From Candidatus Puniceispirillales bacterium (GTDB taxonomy: Bacteria > Pseudomonadota > Alphaproteobacteria > Puniceispirillales > UBA1172), in contig CBFIDH010000006.1 of NCBI GenBank assembly GCA_965661405.1, forward strand, positions 2,201 to 66,200: 64,000 nt of DNA. The letters are read 5' to 3'. The position numbers and the translations under genes are program-made. Shown here in pieces: positions 1 through 8,731 of this stretch. The notes below the pieces were generated by a model that was not told the origin of the DNA, did not search any database, and worked only from the letters and a program-made list of their open reading frames with translations. The first letter of the stretch is position 1. Each line of letters starts with the position of its first letter.

Positions 1-294
1 GTCAATAGCGAGAACCATGTGTTTGTTGATTTACGCGATAATAATGAACAAGCACGCGGTATGATTCATGGGGCTATTGCCTCATCACGGGGGTTGATGG
101 AGTTTCATATTGATCCAGAAAGCCCTGTGCATAATCCGGCTTTCAATCAGGATAAAACTTATATCTTTTATTGTGCTTCTGGCGGTAGATCTGCTCTTGC
201 GGCAAAGGTCGCCACTGATATGGGGCTTTCTCCTGTATTGAATCTCTCTGGCGGTGTCGCCGCGTGGAAAAAATCTGGCGGTGAGTTGGAATAG
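1..294 (+). CDS. rhodanese-domain sulfurtransferase, 5'-truncated by window edge
   Basis: The frame is open from base 1 with no upstream stop. FYCASGGRSALAAKV and GGVAAWKKSGG resemble the rhodanese catalytic Cys loop and C-terminus. Confidence 0.7.
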   Translation, partial: VNSENHVFVDLRDNNEQARGMIHGAIASSRGLMEFHIDPESPVHNPAFNQDKTYIFYCASGGRSALAAKVATDMGLSPVLNLSGGVAAWKKSGGELE

Positions 295-306
295 GATGAT
301 CAAAGG

Positions 307-1686
307 GTGACTTCCTCCAAACATGATATCGCGATCAAAGTTCTAAGGCAGCGCTTTGGTGACAGGCTTTCGACCTCGGAAAGTGTGCGTCAGCATCACA
401 GCCACACGACGACCCAGATTGGGAGCCAATGGCCGGACGCAGTCGTCTTTGCCCATTCTACCGAGGATGTGGCAGAGATCGTATCCATCTGCCGTGAACA
501 TCGCTGTCCTATTATTCCTTTTGGTGTTGGCTCATCACTAGAAGGTCATGTGAACGCCCCGAAAGGCGGCGTTTCTATTGACATGAACGCCATGGATAAG
601 GTGCTGGCGGTACATGAGGATGATCTGGACACCGTGGTTCAACCGGGGGTAACGCGCGAGGCGCTAAATACCCATCTTCGTGATAAAGGTCTGTTCTTTC
701 CTATTGATCCGGGGGCTAATTCCAGCTTAGGCGGGATGGCGGCTACCCGTGCCTCTGGTACTAATGCGGTGCGCTACGGCACAATGAAGGATAACATCAT
801 TGCTATGGAAGCGGTCATGGCTGATGGCACCGTGGTTCGCACAGGTAGCCGAGCCAAGAAATCTTCCGCGGGATATGATTTGACAAGGCTTTTGATTGGC
901 TCCGAAGGCACGCTCGGCATCATCACGGAATTGACAGTCAAGCTCCATGGTATCCCCGAAGCTATCGCCGGCGGCACCTGTTCTTTCCCTAGCATTGAGG
1001 ATGCATGCAATGCGGTGATCAAAACCATCCAGTTTGGTATCCCAGTGGCACGGATCGAATTGCTTGACGCGGTGCAGGTAAGGGCCTGTAACCAATATTC
1101 GGGGTTGAACCTACCCGAAGCCCCCTTATTGCTGTTAGAGTTTCATGGCACCGAAAATAGCGTGCGTGAGCAATCAGAAATGTTTAGTGAGATCGCCGCC
1201 GAACATTCGCCGCATCCTTTCACTTGGACAACCGACCCCGAAGCACGCTCAAAACTATGGAAAGCGCGGCATGATGCGTTTTGGGCGGCAATGGCCCTGA
1301 TGCCCGGCGGCGAGATTATTTCAACCGATGTCTGTGTGCCGATCTCACGTCTGGCAGAATGTGTTGAGGAAACCCGCCGAGATATCGAAGACATAGGGAT
1401 TATCTCACCCATTGTTGGTCATGTCGGGGATGGCAATTTTCATACCCTTCCGATGGCGATGCCAGATGACGCCGAGGCTTGGGCAAAGATCAAAGGGTTT
1501 TCTGAACGGCTTTCCGAACGCGCCATTGCCATGGGCGGAACCTGTACAGGTGAACATGGAATTGGACAAGGCAAGATGACCTATCTGCGGCAGGAAATGG
1601 GCGCGGCGGTAGATGTCATGATGGCGATCAAAAAGGCACTAGACCCCGACGATATCCTCAACCCCGGAAAGTTGTTTTCAAGCTAG
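307..1686 (+). CDS. FAD-linked oxidase, D-lactate dehydrogenase (cytochrome)/GlcD family
   Basis: 459-aa ORF with GTG start. The N-terminal half is FAD-binding type (PIIPFGVGSSLEGH) and the C-terminus carries GEHGIGQGK, typical of the GlcD/Dld family. Confidence 0.8.
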   Translation: MTSSKHDIAIKVLRQRFGDRLSTSESVRQHHSHTTTQIGSQWPDAVVFAHSTEDVAEIVSICREHRCPIIPFGVGSSLEGHVNAPKGGVSIDMNAMDKVLAVHEDDLDTVVQPGVTREALNTHLRDKGLFFPIDPGANSSLGGMAATRASGTNAVRYGTMKDNIIAMEAVMADGTVVRTGSRAKKSSAGYDLTRLLIGSEGTLGIITELTVKLHGIPEAIAGGTCSFPSIEDACNAVIKTIQFGIPVARIELLDAVQVRACNQYSGLNLPEAPLLLLEFHGTENSVREQSEMFSEIAAEHSPHPFTWTTDPEARSKLWKARHDAFWAAMALMPGGEIISTDVCVPISRLAECVEETRRDIEDIGIISPIVGHVGDGNFHTLPMAMPDDAEAWAKIKGFSERLSERAIAMGGTCTGEHGIGQGKMTYLRQEMGAAVDVMMAIKKALDPDDILNPGKLFSS

Positions 1687-1701
1687 AATAAGCAGGGATA
1701 T

Positions 1702-2400
1702 TTATCCGCGAGATTCTAACCCGAATAAATGCCCGGTTTTGACATAAATGACTGCCCCGTCATCTTTGGTATAGGGGGTGTGTTCGCTCATATGTGGGCT
1801 TCGTAACCAGCTTCCCGCAGGATAGACGCCATGCTCATCATAAAAAGTGCCTTTAAGAACAAAGATTTCCTCACCGCCCCAATGTTTATGAGGTTTGAAT
1901 TGAGTGTTTGGCGCCCATCGGACAAGGGCAATATTCTCATCTCCATAGTGATGAAGCGGCATAACTGTTAACCCATCCACAAGCCCCGGTCGCCATGATT
2001 GGTTATTCGTATCCATGGTGAACTGGCTATCATCATCTTGATCAAATTGATGAAGTTTCACAAAGATGGTTGCCCCATCATCACCTATGACAGGCTGATG
2101 CTTTGTGCCAATAGGATTTCGGATATATGTTCCTTCTGGATACGCGCCATGCTCATCTCCAAAGACACCTTCCAGAACAAAAATCTCCTCACCGCCTGAA
2201 TGTTCATGTGGTGAAAATGTGCTGTTAGGTTCATACCGTACCAATGAGGTCGCTCGCGCGATCTCATCCCCGATGCGGTCAAGTTTCATGCGCTCAACAC
2301 CGGGCATTGGTGATGCTTCCCAGCTATAATCATCTGGCGTAACAACAACACGCTGAGAAAAATCAGCGTTAAGTTCAATAGATGTATCTATTTTGAACAC
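1702..2400 (-). CDS. bicupin protein, ChrR-like cupin family
   Basis: Two internally similar halves (H.H.GGEEIFVLEG/KG.F.DEHG.YP.G) suggest two cupin barrels. An AAGGAG SD lies about 10 nt upstream of the GTG. Confidence 0.6.
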   Translation of the reverse strand: MFKIDTSIELNADFSQRVVVTPDDYSWEASPMPGVERMKLDRIGDEIARATSLVRYEPNSTFSPHEHSGGEEIFVLEGVFGDEHGAYPEGTYIRNPIGTKHQPVIGDDGATIFVKLHQFDQDDDSQFTMDTNNQSWRPGLVDGLTVMPLHHYGDENIALVRWAPNTQFKPHKHWGGEEIFVLKGTFYDEHGVYPAGSWLRSPHMSEHTPYTKDDGAVIYVKTGHLFGLESRG

Positions 2401-2539
2401 TTTTGTATGGCTCCTTCATTCCAGCTTAATGATGCCAAAACGCTTTTATAGCATCACAATATAATGTATTTTTTCTCTGACTATTATTATAACTCTAATC
2501 CGTAGAACCATAATAAATATCATTTCAGAAAGAACCAAA

Positions 2540-3266
2540 ATGCTTCTCAGGTTATATTATTTTTTGGCAAGAATTTTCAGGATAATGCCAAAAACAAAAA
2601 CGTTATGTTTTCATAATATGAGAGGCAAGTTTTTTGTACCTGTTAATAATCACTATATTTGTGATGACCTTATTGATATCTCCAAACAACAAAGAGAACC
2701 GAAATTATACAAATGGTTAAATGATTTGGATGACGGTTCTGTTTTGTTTGATGTTGGCACAAGTTACGGACAAGAAGCAGTGTTAGCATCTTCTTTCAGC
2801 GATAAAAATATTTAAGTGTTTGGTTTTGATTGCAGCCTTTATCAAAGTCATTTCTGCGCTTTGAATAAGGCTCTCAATAAGGATAGCTTTAGATTTATCT
2901 TTGCGGCTGTTGGTCAAGAAAGCGGAAAACTCATCACCATGACCGCCAATTCGGATACTCATATCCCGTCACTTCATAAGAAAAATGTTCCTTATAACTA
3001 TGAAGTGATGACGCTGGCGTTAGATGATTTTTCCCAAAGCCAATCATATCACCCCAACACATTTAAAAATTGATGTTGATGGGGCAGAATATGATGTGCT
3101 TAAGGGTGCAAGTCATATCCTAACCTCAAAAACTATCAAAGATGTGTTTATTGAAATTGACGATGACAATCTTGCGGTTATCGACTTCATGAAATCCCAC
3201 CAATTTGATATCAATTGGCAGGTTAAGAAAAAGCATAATATTGATATCCTATTTTCAAAATCGTGA
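2540..3266 (+). pseudogene. FkbM-family methyltransferase, disrupted by an in-frame TAA and a frameshift
   Basis: ORFs 2540-2815, 2816-3073 and 3024-3266 read together as one FkbM-type protein (FDVGTSYGQEA, then LKIDVDGAEYDVLKGA). There is a TAA at 2813-2815 in frame, and the frame changes near 3035-3055. The patch is AT-rich. Confidence 0.7.
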
Positions 3267-3286
3267 TTAAAACATCGTGATTAAAA
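3260..3286. repeat. tandem duplication, ATCGTGATTAAAA x2, period 14
   Basis: Read directly. Copy 1 contains the TGA stop (3264-3266) of the FkbM remnant. Confidence 0.9.
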
Positions 3287-3317
3287 TGGGCCTAGCGTTT
3301 AAGAAAACCAACCTTGC

Positions 3318-3344
3318 AAAAATAAAGGCCGCGATAAAGCGGCC
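3318..3344 (-). terminator. rho-independent terminator candidate downstream of the DUF1989 gene
   Basis: On the minus strand, a GGCCGC-TTTATC-GCGGCC hairpin is followed by TTTATTTTT. Confidence 0.5.
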
Positions 3345-3455
3345 AAGTTGAGGGAGGAACTTAATACTATGGTAATGCACAAATCAGGGCGAATATTGCG
3401 CCTATGTGTTTTGCTCGTTCCTCGCCTTTGGTCTGTTAGGCTTGCCTATCCATTT

Positions 3456-4067
3456 TCACTCAACATGATAATGCACCTCTTTAACGATCATTTCTTCACC
3501 ATTGATTGGCACCATATCTTGAGGGCAGGTGGACATCACCACAATGACATCATGATGGGCGCGCAGACGAACCTGATCACCTGATTTTGACAAAGGCGGG
3601 CAAAACTCTGTCTTGCCATCAGAGTTAAAGGGAATGTTCATCCACAAGTTGAGTGGGGATGGGGTTTCCGCGATAGAGTGTCCGATTTCGGTCATAGCAG
3701 CGGCGAGATTATCAGTGCAATTATCGTGGTAATCCTCACACCCTAGCATTTGATAACGATAGATATCACAGGCGGCGAGCAAAGTATCGTGCCGCCCAGG
3801 TGAGGTATCTTCTTCTAAGGTCAAGAGGGGACGCCGATTGTTGCTGTATAGCGGTTGCCCAACTACCGGAAATACCGATTGCGAGACGCTTCTCTGGTGT
3901 TCCATCGACATGAACTCGCTAAGGTCATTGGCAAGAAAACACCATGTATCAACAACTTGCGTGCCATGGGTATTGATAATGGTAATGGCTTGATCTTTTT
4001 TAACATGAACCGCCTTGCCCTTTCTGGCAGGAACAGTGTGAAGGTCAGATGTTGTTTTGGTCATCAC
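3456..4067 (-). CDS. DUF1989 (urea carboxylase-associated) family protein
   Basis: 203 aa. The N-terminus (VPARKGKAVHVKKDQAITIINTHGTQVVDTW) and overall length are typical of DUF1989. Confidence 0.65.
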   Translation of the reverse strand: MMTKTTSDLHTVPARKGKAVHVKKDQAITIINTHGTQVVDTWCFLANDLSEFMSMEHQRSVSQSVFPVVGQPLYSNNRRPLLTLEEDTSPGRHDTLLAACDIYRYQMLGCEDYHDNCTDNLAAAMTEIGHSIAETPSPLNLWMNIPFNSDGKTEFCPPLSKSGDQVRLRAHHDVIVVMSTCPQDMVPINGEEMIVKEVHYHVE

Positions 4068-4105
4068 GGGGCCTCAATACAAATGAAAATATAAAACGAC
4101 AGAGA

Positions 4106-4124
4106 TGATCACCTCATGTGATCA
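4106..4124. promoter_or_regulatory. inverted repeat TGATCAC-N5-GTGATCA, candidate operator
   Basis: Perfect 7-bp arms, about 40 nt upstream of the DUF1989 start codon. Confidence 0.3.
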
Positions 4125-4260
4125 CTTCCCTTAAAGAATATTAACCGGAAATCTTATTTTTTGGGATTCAAATAATGCGGCTAGGGCATTTTGCGCTCTT
4201 AACACGCTTAGTCCTTTTCCATCACAGATTTACCAAGATAGGTTTATTAGGACGTAACCA

Positions 4261-5310
4261 TCAGAATGTGGCGGTATCAACACCTAGGTTTTGCGCCAAT
4301 TCAAGGATTTCCTGCCATGTCGCCGTGGGCAGACTGATTGGTTTATTCTGGTTGGCTTTCCGCGCCTCGCTCTCGCGCTCCCCCGGAACAAACACCCTAT
4401 CAAAACCTTGTGCTGGTGGACATTCGCGCAACTCCAGCAAAATTTCTTCCGCAATGGATTGAAAGGTTGAAGGGGTTTGGTAGAGGCTACAATCCAAGGC
4501 CAAAATCAGCCAATGACATTCCACAGTAACCGGGCCTAGCATCGCTTCAGCGATCATTTCGGCGGCGACCGCCAAAGCATAACCCTTGGCCCCGCCAGCA
4601 GGCAAAATCGCACCGCCAGAAAAATAAGCCTCCGGGTCTGTTGAGGCATTACCATCTTTGTCAATCAATACACCTTCAGGCAAAGTGGCTCCGGCAATTT
4701 TTGCCCCATAAACCCAGCCTGCGGCGGCCGCCGAAGTCGCAAAATCAGCAATAACCGGGCCTTCTTTCCCGCCCGGAATTCCGATAGCATAAGGATTGGT
4801 GGACATCAGCGCTTTACTGCCGCCATAAGGGGCAACTAATCGCCAATCCTTTCTGCCGCCACCACCAATAATAATCGCCAAACAGCCCTGATCCGCGGCG
4901 TATTCCGCATAGGAACCTAGCCGCCCTGTGTGACCAGCGTTCTGAATGGCGATAGCCGCTAATCCCTTATCCTTGGCACGGCTAACAACATCCTTAATGG
5001 CTAGATTCATAGCTGGAATACCAATCCCGCCATGACCTTCAACAAGCCACGCGCCTTTTGCGTTTTGTTTCAACTCAGGTCGGCTTGCCGCCTTCATGTA
5101 TCCGGATTGATAATATTTTGCATATTGGTGGATCCGCCAAATCCCATGAGATTCAACATCCGAGCAATCAGATTCCAGCAAGTGCAAAACCACATCTTGC
5201 GCGATATCAGAGGGAACAGACATGGCTTCTAGTATTTTAACAGCAACCTGTCTCGCTATGTTTTGATCTATCTCAAGGCGCGGCGTGTCTTTACTGTATT
5301 TGCTGGTCAT
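4261..5310 (-). CDS. Ldh_2 family (malate/L-lactate/ureidoglycolate-type) oxidoreductase
   Basis: 349 aa. Its length and motifs such as ESHGIWR and NAGHTGRLG fit the Ldh_2 family. Confidence 0.7.
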   Translation of the reverse strand: MTSKYSKDTPRLEIDQNIARQVAVKILEAMSVPSDIAQDVVLHLLESDCSDVESHGIWRIHQYAKYYQSGYMKAASRPELKQNAKGAWLVEGHGGIGIPAMNLAIKDVVSRAKDKGLAAIAIQNAGHTGRLGSYAEYAADQGCLAIIIGGGGRKDWRLVAPYGGSKALMSTNPYAIGIPGGKEGPVIADFATSAAAAGWVYGAKIAGATLPEGVLIDKDGNASTDPEAYFSGGAILPAGGAKGYALAVAAEMIAEAMLGPVTVECHWLILALDCSLYQTPSTFQSIAEEILLELRECPPAQGFDRVFVPGERESEARKANQNKPISLPTATWQEILELAQNLGVDTATF

Positions 5311-5490
5311 CGGGTTTTCCTTGCGCCTGATCTTCCTTATCTAGTCAAGAATACGCCAGCCGATACCACTGTCAACCAATCACCATCAGTCTAATCATAA
5401 GTTATAAACATTGCATTAAGCCTGTGGGGGGGGAAGCCCCATGATATGAGCCTAATAAAGAGGCCATACACACCGCATAAGAGAGGTGAC

Positions 5491-6165
5491 TTAAGAAAGG
5501 ATACCGTCAACCGCGGCAATATCTTTATAAAGTGCTTTTTCTTCAGGGTTTTCAGGAGTGAACTTTCCAACAATAATTTTTTGTTTAGCAAAGCAAAGCA
5601 ATTTTGCGTATCTGGCATAATGCTTGATAATGCGTTCAACTTCCTTACCTACCTTGGCGGCCTCTGGCCCGGCGATATATTCGTTACGAAGACCTGCCTG
5701 CACCTGTTGCACGGTTTGTGCCTTCACCATCATCAGGTTTTTTTCAAATCCCTTGCGCTTGGCGATAGTGGCATCGTTAAGCTCTAGTTTTTGATTCATG
5801 GTCATCGGCGGTAAAATGACAACAATCTTACTTTCGCTTGCCATATTTTTTACGTTCGTGAAACCTTTTTCCGTTTTAATGAGATTAATCAAACTTGCCG
5901 TAATATCTTCGTTCAAGGATACAATCTCAATCCGGTCAACAAATGTTTTCACCTCAATAAAATCAGAGAGGCGACGACTTTTGTTGTTAAGCAAGATGCG
6001 GTCAGCATGGAACATACTATCATATTCAGAATGACTGCCGAGATCATTAATCTCTTTAACATAAGTAATAAAACGATCTCTTGATCTCGATTCAAAAGAG
6101 TCGCTATAACTCAAAAGCTCTTCCGAAGTTTTAAAGAATAGTTTTTCTAAAGCAGCTTCGTTCAT
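5491..6165 (-). CDS. hypothetical protein (possible RRF-like fold) in AT-rich islet
   Basis: 224-aa ORF in AT-rich DNA with no family recognised. The segment KIVVILPPMTMNQKLEL plus the following helix resembles the RRF motif IRVPLPPLTEERRKDL by eye. Confidence 0.55.
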   Translation of the reverse strand: MNEAALEKLFFKTSEELLSYSDSFESRSRDRFITYVKEINDLGSHSEYDSMFHADRILLNNKSRRLSDFIEVKTFVDRIEIVSLNEDITASLINLIKTEKGFTNVKNMASESKIVVILPPMTMNQKLELNDATIAKRKGFEKNLMMVKAQTVQQVQAGLRNEYIAGPEAAKVGKEVERIIKHYARYAKLLCFAKQKIIVGKFTPENPEEKALYKDIAAVDGILS

Positions 6166-6386
6166 AATATCATCTTACTACTGATAAACACATAAGCTAT
6201 TTATATTAATGATATTATTTTTTTAATCAAAGAAAAGTTAATATAATACAATTTCTCACCACTAATGTAATAATTATATCAATTTCATATTTATTAATGT
6301 TTTCATATATGGTTACTATTACATTACATGAATTTAATACAAAACTGACTAATGAGATTTGAGATTAAACTTCAAAGGTTTTAGAT

Positions 6387-6683
6387 ATGCTGACCAAAAT
6401 ATTTATCAGAACATTTCCCTCGGATGAGGAATGTGAATTGTTTGAATCAATACTAAAAACCAGATGGCCAAGTCTATTAGAGGACGTCAAAGGGGTGAGG
6501 TTCAACGCCTATAAAAACGCATCCCAGCAAAATATTCTAACCGTTGTTTGGGAGTTTCCTAATATCGAAACACAGAAAAAGGTTGAGAAACTCATAGAGG
6601 AGAACATTACAAAGTTCACGAAGACTCTGTCACCAAAGACCATGAGCTTTACGGGTGAGCAGATTTTGCATATTTCAACATAA
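6387..6683 (+). CDS. hypothetical small protein
   Basis: 98-aa ORF after an AT-rich divergent promoter region. No family recognised. Confidence 0.45.
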   Translation: MLTKIFIRTFPSDEECELFESILKTRWPSLLEDVKGVRFNAYKNASQQNILTVVWEFPNIETQKKVEKLIEENITKFTKTLSPKTMSFTGEQILHIST

Positions 6684-6757
6684 TCATGTCATCACGAAAT
6701 GCTGACATTTTAGCTGGCAACGAAACAAGCCAGTTACCTTATGAAGCGGCCGATTTG

Positions 6758-6973
6758 TTAGTCAAAACGACCCTCAGTATGGGCTTTCCATACCTCAAGT
6801 AACAATTCTTCACACTCTTCATTAGAAAGAAACTGGGGTTTATTTTCAAATGTGTCGAAGACTTTTTTGACAAAATCATCCCCATCGGCACTATCAGCAA
6901 GCAGCCGTTCTGCCTTATGAAGAAAGATATGCATATCGGTAACGCGCTTGCGAGTTTCTTGATTAAATTGCAT
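6758..6973 (-). CDS. hypothetical small acidic protein
   Basis: 71-aa ORF, convergent with 6387-6683. No family recognised. Confidence 0.4.
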   Translation of the reverse strand: MQFNQETRKRVTDMHIFLHKAERLLADSADGDDFVKKVFDTFENKPQFLSNEECEELLLEVWKAHTEGRFD

Positions 6974-7043
6974 CTCTCATCCTTCTTGGTTTTCCTTTTA
7001 TTACTCTATGAGATTAATCCGAATTGGTAAAGATGGCTGTTAC

Positions 7044-7068
7044 AATGAGATCAGATAATGAGATCAGA
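7044..7068. repeat. tandem duplication, AATGAGATCAGA x2, period 13
   Basis: Read directly. It lies 7 nt downstream of the stop of the 7075-7686 gene. Confidence 0.9.
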
Positions 7069-7074
7069 CAAAAC

Positions 7075-7686
7075 TTACCGTATGTGATTATTTTGGCGAC
7101 TATATTGCTGGGAAACGGTGCGCCGTTCAAGATATCTGAATAAATACATCAGCATCAGCATGGATAAAATCAGCCCCGTGATATCGCCAATAATAAATCT
7201 GGTCATCACCCCCCAAATCTCCCCAGTGGCGATAACCTCGCTTTTTAGATACGACCCTGATAGCGAATTAAACACAGAAGCCAGCACCCCCGCTATAATA
7301 ACACCTATCCAGTTTGGCTTAGTCATTCGGTTGGGATAAACCTTATACCCCATCAAACGCAGAACTTCAAAAGCAAGCACCGCGCTGCTCGCGCTAAAAA
7401 TAGGGATAAAGAAAGAAAAATGGGCTTGGTATTGTAATCCCCAGACTGAATGGGTAATGAATTCCGCAGGGATCAAGGCAAATAATACCTTTGGGCCAAG
7501 CAACCAGCTTGACAGCACCCTGACGGCGTGAGGCAGAAAAATGGTGCTGGCGATAAGGGCTGTTTCTCCTAAAAAGTAATACTCAACCGGAAAAACCACA
7601 TGGCGACAAAACCAGAAAACACTCACATAAAGAATGATTACAAAACCTAGCCAATGTTGATAAAGCCCTACCAATAAATGCATCAA
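7075..7686 (-). CDS. hypothetical multi-pass membrane protein
   Basis: 203 aa with about 6 hydrophobic helices. It is co-directional with, and 91 nt downstream of, the wHTH gene. Confidence 0.55.
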   Translation of the reverse strand: MMHLLVGLYQHWLGFVIILYVSVFWFCRHVVFPVEYYFLGETALIASTIFLPHAVRVLSSWLLGPKVLFALIPAEFITHSVWGLQYQAHFSFFIPIFSASSAVLAFEVLRLMGYKVYPNRMTKPNWIGVIIAGVLASVFNSLSGSYLKSEVIATGEIWGVMTRFIIGDITGLILSMLMLMYLFRYLERRTVSQQYSRQNNHIR

Positions 7687-7777
7687 CTTAACCCTAGGTT
7701 GCGCCTATGCTCATAAAAAACAGAAATGAGAGTCATCATAAATAAATTCCTTATACTTATGATAACTCATATCAGGC

Positions 7778-8089
7778 TTAGGAAAATTGATCCGTATTTG
7801 GCATATAAAGACCAGAGCGTTCAGACCCCACCTTATCAATAAATCCTGATTTAATGAGAGTTTGAAATGCACGATAAAGTGATGGTTGCGGCATATTCTG
7901 AACCAAAGGATGATCACGCAATTGATCAAGGTGGATAGGTTCTTGCTGTTCTTGCGATAGCATGATTAACGCAGAAATCACCTTCTTTTCGATCTCTGTC
8001 AATGACGCGATAGAGAGATCTGTTTCCATTTGCATGATTAAATTGCGAAGTTGGGCATAATATTGAATCTGGTGCATGAACTTTCTCAA
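7778..8089 (-). CDS. small winged-helix DNA-binding protein
   Basis: 103 aa. The pattern LTEIEKKVISAL...LYRAFQTLIKSGFIDKV looks like a MarR/ArsR-type wHTH. Confidence 0.5.
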   Translation of the reverse strand: MRKFMHQIQYYAQLRNLIMQMETDLSIASLTEIEKKVISALIMLSQEQQEPIHLDQLRDHPLVQNMPQPSLYRAFQTLIKSGFIDKVGSERSGLYMPNTDQFS

Positions 8090-8235
8090 TTCTAAAAATT
8101 GTTTAGAGAGTAACTGTTAATTTTATATAATAAACATATATATGGTTTCAATGGATAAGTTGTCTTTATATTACAAAACCTGTTCAATTTTTACCGCTAT
8201 CTTTTTGGCATTAAGAATAGAGATGATCTGATCTA

Positions 8236-8649
8236 TCATGTGATCTTGCCATTACTCACCTTGCCATTACTCAGGGCATCCAGAATAGGGCAATCCGGGC
8301 GGTCATCGCCATCACATCCCGCCGCAAGGTGCGATAACTGATCCTTGAGGGACTCCAATTCCTTGATTTTCCCCTTAATTTGATCAATTTTTTGCATGGT
8401 AAGCATTTTCACATCATGACTGCTTCTGTTTCGATCCTCGTAAAGGGCTAGTAATTCTCGGCATTCATCAATAGAAAAATTAAAGCGGCGCGCCATGCCG
8501 ATAAATTGCAATTTGGCAAGATCACTTTCTGAATAATCCCTATATCCTGAAGACGGGTCTTGATAAGGCACAATCAGCCCGATATTGGCATAATACCTTA
8601 CCGTTTTGGTTGTCAAACCAGCTTGTTTCGCGGCTTTCCCGATATTCAT
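8236..8649 (-). CDS. cueR: MerR-family Cu(I)-responsive regulator, CueR type
   Basis: The N-terminus MNIGKAAKQAGLTTKTVRYYANIGL is a MerR HTH. The C-terminal CDGDDRPDC (C-x7-C) matches the CueR metal loop CPGDDSADC. Confidence 0.8.
   Translation of the reverse strand: MNIGKAAKQAGLTTKTVRYYANIGLIVPYQDPSSGYRDYSESDLAKLQFIGMARRFNFSIDECRELLALYEDRNRSSHDVKMLTMQKIDQIKGKIKELESLKDQLSHLAAGCDGDDRPDCPILDALSNGKVSNGKIT
8245..8273. repeat. tandem duplication, CTTGCCATTACTCA x2, period 15, inside the cueR 3' end
   Basis: Read directly. It encodes the SNGKV-SNGKI repeat just before the stop codon. Confidence 0.9.
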
Positions 8650-8681
8650 TTCCGTCTCCTTGAGCTATTTTGCTTTCACGC

Positions 8682-8712
8682 TTTACCTTGCCTTGGGGGG
8701 AAGGTTTATAGT
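8682..8712 (+). promoter_or_regulatory. MerR/CueR-type promoter-operator
   Basis: TTTACC (8682-8687), 19-bp spacer, TATAGT (8707-8712). The dyad ACCTTGC-N7-GGAAGGT (8685-8705) lies across the spacer, close to the E. coli copA operator ACCTTCC-N7-GGAAGGT. Confidence 0.75.
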
Positions 8713-8731
8713 GTATTTAATGAGGATAATT

